From a virus (taxonomy: Duplodnaviria; Caudoviricetes): 64,000 bases of DNA. Location: positions 1 to 64,000 of the IMG/VR virus record IMGVR_UViG_3300014969_000017, one strand, 5' to 3'. Positions 58,174 through 64,000 of this stretch are shown piece by piece. The first letter of the stretch is position 1, and the number at the start of each line of letters is the position of its first letter. The notes under the pieces are model-generated. The model saw nothing but the letters and a program-made list of their open reading frames with translations. It did no database searches and had not been told where the DNA came from. Both the position numbers and the translations under genes were made by a program.

Positions 58174-59020
58174 GGCTCGCTCTCAAGGCTTGGTCCGCTC
58201 ACGGGACATGGCTCGCTCTTGGCTTTCGGTGCGCTCACAAGAACGCGGCTCACTCGGACGTGACGGTGCGCTCTCCCTGACTCGGTTCGTTCTTCGTCTT
58301 CGGTCCCCACTTCGTGCTGGACTCGCTCCCATTGCTCGGTACGCTCACTCAAAGATGGCTCGTTCGAGTTGAACGGTACGCTGCCCATCCTCGACTCGAT
58401 CAATATCGACGGTGCCCTCGTTGCCTTCGGCTCGCTCCATCCGCTTTGGTGCGCTCGCCTAACATGGCTCGCTCGATACACTCGGTCCTGTCACTCGAAC
58501 GGCTCGCTCATTGGGTCCGGCGCTCGCGGATGTCACGGCTCGTTCTAAGCGCACGGTGCTCTCCACGTCCTAGACTCACTCCCAGTCACTAGGTGCTGTC
58601 TGCTACTACGGTTCACTCATCATCAACGGTGCGCTCGGCGTAAGTGGCTCGTTCCGATCCGATGGTGCGCTCTGTAACCTCGACTCGCTACCTTCCTGCG
58701 GTGCCCTCAACGACAGTGGCTCGCTCGCCATCATCGGCGCACTCTTTCATGTCCGGCTCGCTCACCGTATACGGTGTCGCCTCTCGGCATACGCGGCTCG
58801 CTCCTTGATCCCCGGTGCTCACTATCATCGCGGCTCGCTCGCTAGGTTCGGTCCTGTCGCATGACTCGACTCGCTCCCGCTTCCGGTCCCCTGTGTCGTC
58901 GCGGCTCGCTCGTGCCGCTCGGTGCGCTCGATGGTGGACGGCTCGCTCACCCAACTCGGTACTCTCAGATGAAGGCGGCTTCGCTCTAACGCCTCGGTCC
59001 CCTCTACCTTTCAGGCTGAC
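58174..59020 (-). ncRNA. TIGR-like dual-repeat array, distal segment (~23 units of ~36 bp)
   Basis: Plus-strand unit G[GA]CTCGCTC-N8-CGGT[GA]CGCTC-N9. Edge repeats at 58174, 58210, 58247, 58284, 58320, 58357, 58393 and onward. Spacers are variable and no frame is kept. Confidence 0.85.
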
Positions 59021-59027
59021 GACCAGC

Positions 59028-59432
59028 TTACAGGCCGTCGCCCTCGGGGGCCGTCGGATACCACTGGCGATTCGCGAGGCCGGGCAGCAGTGCCCAGTGC
59101 GGACTCGCGTCCTTGCCGTGCTCCAGTGCGTTCTTGATGATATGGACCGCCTGATGCGTCGTGTCGTACATCACCGTGTCGGCCGAGACGCGCTGGTTGT
59201 TCGGCAGCATCACCGCCGCGCGTTCCATGCCCTCGGATTGCACGTAGCCCCAGTGCTCGTCCTCCGCCGCCAGTCGCTTCGCCACTTCTGTGAGGAAGGA
59301 CAGGATCGACTCCGGCGTGTTCTGCTCCAGCCAGAGCTTGCCCTGCGGTTCACCCGAGAAGCCCACCACGACCCACGAGTGATCGGGCGTCTGCGGCATG
59401 TGCTCGGTGTCTTCGATGTTCGATTCGGTCAT
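59028..59432 (-). CDS. Hypothetical protein embedded in the array
   Basis: 134 aa, GAGGAG RBS in a spacer position; repeat-free sequence. Confidence 0.7.
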   Translation of the reverse strand: MTESNIEDTEHMPQTPDHSWVVVGFSGEPQGKLWLEQNTPESILSFLTEVAKRLAAEDEHWGYVQSEGMERAAVMLPNNQRVSADTVMYDTTHQAVHIIKNALEHGKDASPHWALLPGLANRQWYPTAPEGDGL

Positions 59433-59442
59433 GGCTCTCCTC

Positions 59443-60494
59443 GGCTCGCTTGTCAGCTTCGTTACGATCTCTAGTGATGGCTACTCGGTAGCTTCGGCAC
59501 TCTAGTCATCAACGGTTCGTTCACCATGCACGGCACGCTTCGTTTCCTCGACTCGCTCGCGTAGTACGGTGCGCGACCACCTCGCGGCTCGCTCCACATC
59601 AACGGTTCTCTCCGGTGTACTGGCTCGCTCTCCGTCAACGGTGCGCTATGAGAACGCGGCTCGCTCGCACCTCACGGTCCTCTACAGGTGCAAGGACTCG
59701 CTCCACTCTCTTGGTTCACTTCGGATCAACGGCTCGCTACTCCACCACGGTCCGCTCGTAAGGGGCGGCTCGCTCTCTGTCAACGGTACGGCCTCTCGAC
59801 TTGGCTCGCTCACTCTCGACGGTGCGCTGATTTGAAGCGACTCGCTCTCGACCCACAGGTTCTCTCGCATGACTCGGCTCACTCGTTCGCGGTGGTGCCC
59901 TCTGCTCCCACGGTTGCTCTGCGCTAACGGCACGCTCACGGTTAGCGGCTCGCTCTAGCCATGCGGTGCGCTCTTTCCAGTTGGCTCGCTCAATCTGCCG
60001 GTACGCTCCTGCGACACGACTCGTTCGGCATACTCGGTGCGCTCGCTCATATTGACTCGTTCGTAACGCTCGGTGCGCTCACGCTACACGACTCGCTCGC
60101 TAGATTCGGTTCACTCACACCAGCCCGGCTCGTTAGAGTTGAACGGTACGCTACCCATCCTCGACTCGCTCGCACAAGACGGAACCCTCCAATGGTGCGG
60201 CTCGCTCTCCATTGCTCGGTGCGCTCAGCCATGCTGGCTCGCTCGGCTGCAACGGTCCTCACGTCGAACTCGACTCGCTCTTGTGCATCGGTTCACTCGC
60301 CGTGGGCGGCTCACTCAATCTGCCGGTACGCTCCTGCGAGACGGTTCGCTCGAAAACGTCGGTACGCTCATCAACAACGGCTCGCTTACTTCCCTCGGTA
60401 CGCTCAGTCGTGCTGGCTCGCTCGACACAACCGGGACTTCGTAGGATACGGCTCGCTCGTTCTGCTCGGGCCACTCGCCGTGCGCTGGCTCCTC
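59443..60494 (-). ncRNA. TIGR-like dual-repeat array, proximal segment (~29 units of ~36 bp)
   Basis: Same two repeats at 36-bp period (e.g. 59622, 59658, 59731, 59767, 59803, 59839); begins at the stop codon of 60495-61322. Confidence 0.88.
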
Positions 60495-61322
60495 TTACTC
60501 GGCCCACGGAAAGTTTGGCACCTGAATCAGATGCGCGTGCCCGAGATGCTCGATGACGTAGGGCTTGGGCGGCATCTCGCCATAGTGCTGGCGGTAGGCG
60601 ACGGTCTGCCAGTGACTGAGGAACAACTTCACGGCGTACCGCTGGGCGCGGAGATGGATGCGTGCCTGCGGCAGCAAGCCCTGCTCGTACGCGGCCTTGG
60701 TCTGCGTGTCGCGCTTCCAGTTCTTCGTCGTCAGCGCCGTCGCGGCCTGCTCGGAGAAGTCGTGATTCGCGTTCTTCGCTTCTTCCTGCGCCTTGCGCTG
60801 GACGTAAATCTTGCCGTAAAAGTCGTCCTTGTGCGCCTGCTGCTTCGTGAAGCTCTCCCCGATGATCCAGCAGAGGCGTTTCAACGCGCCATTCCACGGC
60901 CGCTTCTGCCCTTCCTTCCACACCACCGTCGGATCGAGTCCGGCGAAGCGCCAGATGTGCCCCACCGTCGGAGCCTTCGTGATGTCGATGTGCGCGAGCA
61001 AGCCTGCGCTGATCACCGGGCCGATCCCGATGATGCTCTCCGCCCACTTGCCGACCGGGTTGTTCTGGCTGTACGTGCCGAGGGCGCTCTTGATGTTGCG
61101 CTCCAGCACCGCCGTGTTATCGAACAGCCAGCCGAGTAACTGGTGCGGCTCGCCAGCCTCCTCCAGCGTGCGTGCCTGATGCGCCGCGCGAATGCGGTCG
61201 CGTTGCATGATGTAGTAAGCATCAACTAAAAATCTGGCCTCCGTCGCGGTCAGCGTCTTCGCGGCATTCTTCAGATCGCGATTCAATTTAACAATCGGTG
61301 CCAGATCGTCTAGTTCTTCCAT
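60495..61322 (-). CDS. tasA: TasA-like protein (IS110/Nop-related RNA-binding, no nuclease domain)
   Basis: 275 aa: coiled coil (YYIMQRDRIRAAHQ), then SIIGIGPVISAGLLAHID...IWRFAGLDP...WNGALKRLCWIIGESF...HLRAQRYAVKLFLSH. No DEDD RuvC domain; abuts the array. Confidence 0.82.
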   Translation of the reverse strand: MEELDDLAPIVKLNRDLKNAAKTLTATEARFLVDAYYIMQRDRIRAAHQARTLEEAGEPHQLLGWLFDNTAVLERNIKSALGTYSQNNPVGKWAESIIGIGPVISAGLLAHIDITKAPTVGHIWRFAGLDPTVVWKEGQKRPWNGALKRLCWIIGESFTKQQAHKDDFYGKIYVQRKAQEEAKNANHDFSEQAATALTTKNWKRDTQTKAAYEQGLLPQARIHLRAQRYAVKLFLSHWQTVAYRQHYGEMPPKPYVIEHLGHAHLIQVPNFPWAE

Positions 61323-61837
61323 GTCCGCCCCGCGCGAATGGCGTTGATCGCATGACGCGACACGCCGAATTCTTTCCCGAGAGCCGCCGCATTCTCCGTC
61401 GGTCGGAGGCGAATCTGCTCTACCTGTTCCAGCGTCAACTTCACCATCGGATGCGCCTCGCCACGAGGCACAAGCTCCGGATGCTTCCGCGCCGGATGGT
61501 CATCGCCATAGAGATGCCCGTGCCGATGGCGACCCTTCGCGAGCTTGTCGTCGGTGTTGGCTTGGTCGTCCCCAAGGAATAGATGCTTCAACCGGAGACA
61601 CGGCGGGTTGTCGCATTTGTGCAGCACGCCCATGCCATCCGGGATCTCACCGTGCGCGGCCGTCCACACCAGTCGATGCACGGACATCGGGGACTTGAAC
61701 ATCTTGCGTCGTTGAATCAACCCGTAGCCTGCCGTCGTTCGCGCACCGGTCCATTCCAAGCAACCATTCGGTTGCTCGACCGTGCGCGATAAAACCTCAA
61801 GCAGGAGGTCGTTGGCTTGCTCCTCCGTCATCACCAT
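61310..61837 (-). CDS. HNH endonuclease
   Basis: CLEWTGA...GYG...HRLVW...VLHKCDNPPCLRLKHLFLG...N; C-terminal helical tail; overlaps the tasA start by 13 nt. Confidence 0.85.
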   Translation of the reverse strand: MVMTEEQANDLLLEVLSRTVEQPNGCLEWTGARTTAGYGLIQRRKMFKSPMSVHRLVWTAAHGEIPDGMGVLHKCDNPPCLRLKHLFLGDDQANTDDKLAKGRHRHGHLYGDDHPARKHPELVPRGEAHPMVKLTLEQVEQIRLRPTENAAALGKEFGVSRHAINAIRAGRTWKN

Positions 61838-61860
61838 CGTCGTCTCCGTCTCCGTAGGGA

Positions 61861-61887
61861 TTCTACCGGGCACGAGGCCCGGTAGAA
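61861..61887. promoter_or_regulatory. Perfect 11-bp inverted repeat overlapping a TAGAAT -10-like box
   Basis: TTCTACCGGGC-acgag-GCCCGGTAGAA between the PEP-CTERM and HNH genes. Confidence 0.45.
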
Positions 61888-61900
61888 CTCAGTCAGTCTC

Positions 61901-62626
61901 TCATGCCTGCCTGCGGCTCCGGCGAATCTTCGCCGCGATTCCGGCAAGGCCGCTGCCCATCAGAATCAGCGAGGCCGGTTCCGGGACCGGTGGCGCATCC
62001 GTGGGCGTCGGCGTGCAGCCGGGGCAGTCCCCGACACCCGGCGACCCGTCTGCGATCCACGTGCTCAACGCCCCCGTCGGCCCGATGCCCTGCAAGTGCG
62101 CCGCTGCGAAGAACGGCCCGTTGCCACCACCCGGTGCGGCGAGGAAGTTGAACGAGGCAGCGGTCAAGGTGCCCGTGATCAGATCGAGATCGATGACCAT
62201 CGAGTCGCCCTGTCCGAATCGCGCTCCGGCGCTCTCGTTGAAGTTGAACAGGAGGTCATAGATGCCGTCACCATCGGCTTGGCAACAATCCACGCCACGC
62301 GTGATGCCCGTGTAGGCTCCCGACGAATCCGAGATCAGGTTCGTCGTCACCTGTGTGGGGTTCAGCAGCGGATTCAGATTGAGATAGATCCCGCTGATGA
62401 ATTCCTGCATCGACAGGTCCAGCGCCGTGAACGTGAGGCGCACGTCGAACCCGGCTCCGGCGGTCGCGTCATTCGCGTTGACGCGCAACCACGGGGCTGG
62501 ATCATTCGGCAGCGTCCCGTTACTGAACTGCGTCGAGTAATCGAACGTGATGGAACTGGCTCGCGCCGGTGCGGCCACCAACACGAGCGCCAGACACAGC
62601 GCCACTAAGAACACACATCGCTTCAT
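61901..62626 (-). CDS. PEP-CTERM sorting domain protein
   Basis: Signal peptide MKRCVFLVALCLALVLVAAPARA; C-terminal VPEPASLILMGSGLAGIAAKIRRSRR. Confidence 0.9.
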   Translation of the reverse strand: MKRCVFLVALCLALVLVAAPARASSITFDYSTQFSNGTLPNDPAPWLRVNANDATAGAGFDVRLTFTALDLSMQEFISGIYLNLNPLLNPTQVTTNLISDSSGAYTGITRGVDCCQADGDGIYDLLFNFNESAGARFGQGDSMVIDLDLITGTLTAASFNFLAAPGGGNGPFFAAAHLQGIGPTGALSTWIADGSPGVGDCPGCTPTPTDAPPVPEPASLILMGSGLAGIAAKIRRSRRQA

Positions 62627-62663
62627 CACACGCGCCTCCTGCTGGGGGAAAGGAAGAAAGACC

Positions 62664-63110
62664 CTACGTGTCGGCTTGCTGGAGAAGTTTGAGGGCCGCT
62701 GAAAACTTCGCCACCTTGTCCGCGTCCTGCTGCGCCCGTGCTCGCAACGCCGCCATCTGCTCGCGTGCGCGACGGGTCGCGTCTGCGACTTCGTCGGCCA
62801 GCGCGTCAAGGGTATCAAGGGTCGCCTCCAGCGCGGCAAGGCCGGACGCAAAATCTTCGGGCAAGGGGGACTGAGGGTCGGGCACGAACCGCGCGTCTTC
62901 TGGCAGCACCAGCACACGGTCCCGGAGCCGGTCCCCGTCTGACCGCTCGCGACGATGCGGCCGGTTCGCCGCCGCCTTCTCCATCGCCGCCTTAATCTCC
63001 GCACGCTCGACCATCGCTCCTCCGGCATCGGGCTGTGTCGCCGTCGGAAACGTGCGGCTATCGACTACGTCCTCGACTTCGCGGCCTTTGAGATCGCGGA
63101 AAGATGGCAT
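62664..63110 (-). CDS. Hypothetical coiled-coil protein
   Basis: MPSFRDLKG..., helical C-terminus. Confidence 0.5.
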   Translation of the reverse strand: MPSFRDLKGREVEDVVDSRTFPTATQPDAGGAMVERAEIKAAMEKAAANRPHRRERSDGDRLRDRVLVLPEDARFVPDPQSPLPEDFASGLAALEATLDTLDALADEVADATRRAREQMAALRARAQQDADKVAKFSAALKLLQQADT

Positions 63111-63317
63111 CGCCCACTCCCAGAGTTGTCTAAGTCGCACGCCACACGGCGAAGCCGCGCCGGTCGATGGTCAACCGAAGTACCGTCGCGCACGTCCCGC
63201 ACTGGATGGCCGTCCACGCCGTCGCGTACCGCAGACGAGCGCCGCAGTCGCACACCAGTTCGGGCAGGCGCGGCGCATCGTCTGATGACGGAGATGGGGG
63301 CGTGTCCAGATCGTCCA

Positions 63318-63824
63318 TCAATCTTCACGCTGAATGAGATCGCGAGCGTCCCGCAAGACCTTGCTCGGCACGAACCACGCCGCGTCCCGGTTGTGCGGCG
63401 CTTTCTTCCACGACTCCTGCTTTTTCGCTTCGTGACCGAAGAACCAGCCGCGAAGCTGGAACGACGGCGCTCGACCGGTGACGAGCACCCAGACCGCAGC
63501 GTCCGAGTCCTCCACGCGCACGATGAGCGACGACGCATCCGGCACCGCGTGTCGTACCTGAATGCCGTACTGCACGTCGTCGCCTTTGTGATAGGTATCG
63601 ACGCTGCCACACCAGTACCGATTCGTCGCCTTCGCCACCGCCATCTCCGCGATGGCGGCTTCGATGTCGATGTCCCACGCCCCGAGTCCTTGGTTCCCCT
63701 CGGCGTCCGCTGCCGCGCCGTTCAATCCCTTCTTGCGACTATGGATGCGGCGGCGCACACCGACGCTCGCGGCCTGCTCAACTTCGTCCCATGTCAGGTT
63801 CGACGGCAGCGGCTTAGGAGCCAT
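63318..63824 (-). CDS. Hypothetical protein, possible PD-(D/E)xK-like fold
   Basis: AAIAEMAVAK...GDDVQYGIQVR...VWVLV...LRGW. Confidence 0.5.
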   Translation of the reverse strand: MAPKPLPSNLTWDEVEQAASVGVRRRIHSRKKGLNGAAADAEGNQGLGAWDIDIEAAIAEMAVAKATNRYWCGSVDTYHKGDDVQYGIQVRHAVPDASSLIVRVEDSDAAVWVLVTGRAPSFQLRGWFFGHEAKKQESWKKAPHNRDAAWFVPSKVLRDARDLIQRED

Positions 63825-64000
63825 GTACCACTTCCGGGAACCCGAGATGCGGAAGGTCGCGGCCGCGAATCCCGTGGAGCGCGATGAAGTGCCGCTGCAC
63901 CAGCCACGTCCGCCCCTCGCAGGAGATGGGCACAGACGGCCCCTGCTGCGCGACGAGCGCCTCGACGTATCGCTGCGTCTCCGGGTTGGAGTAGTGCAAC

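Noticed and set aside
58357-58400. Self-targeting of the duplicated guide within this window
   Set aside because: A GAGTTGAAC match near 35860 lacks the adjacent second-spacer match. A full target search could not be done by eye, so no target is claimed.
58174-60494. CRISPR array
   Set aside because: Repeats are two alternating degenerate 9-10-mers with 8-9-nt spacers, not 23-47-nt identical repeats with ~30-nt spacers, and no cas genes are seen.
58167-60556. ORFs listed across the array (ARS/SEP/GSL-rich)
   Set aside because: Unit lengths of 35-40 bp break the frame, so these peptides are by-products of the DNA repeats.
60495-61322. Active IS110 insertion sequence
   Set aside because: It lacks the N-terminal DEDD RuvC-like domain and the SG serine motif after AGL.P, and it abuts a dual-repeat array; a Tas-like protein fits better.
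1-64000. tRNA, rRNA, integrase or att sites
   Set aside because: None were recognised by eye; tRNAscan and HMM searches would be needed to exclude them.

Overview
The window is a ~64 kb GC-rich segment of a tailed phage (siphovirus-like, Mu-type head module), almost entirely on the minus strand. A PEP-CTERM gene suggests a Gram-negative host with exosortase. 1-15.7 kb holds tail and head genes: tape measure, tail chaperone with a likely +1 frameshift, major tail protein, connectors, major capsid and Mu-like protease/scaffold. 16.3-44.3 kb is a greatly expanded interval between portal and protease. It contains a MuF gene, fibre genes and several polyvalent effector proteins (ADP-ribosyltransferases, ParB-like, GNAT-like, zincin, HD, PD-(D/E)xK, papain-like). 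Their domains are delimited by 17 copies of three short peptide tags (L|GDxxGHxFxGNQ[WY], L|GGxGSGNFGHAGRPGEVGGS, L|[DE]WDEGxHPR), which look like a protease-processed capsid cargo system. 44-58 kb holds small early/accessory genes with a repeated ECF-sigma-like promoter (GGAAC-N16/17-CGTCTAA). 58.1-61.8 kb holds the standout feature: a ~52-unit, 36-bp-period dual-repeat non-coding array that begins at the stop codon of an IS110/Nop-like gene lacking a nuclease domain. This matches a TIGR-Tas (TasA-type) RNA-guided system; the array is split by an inserted ORF and the gene is preceded by a free-standing HNH gene. All calls come from manual motif reading; no database searches were run.
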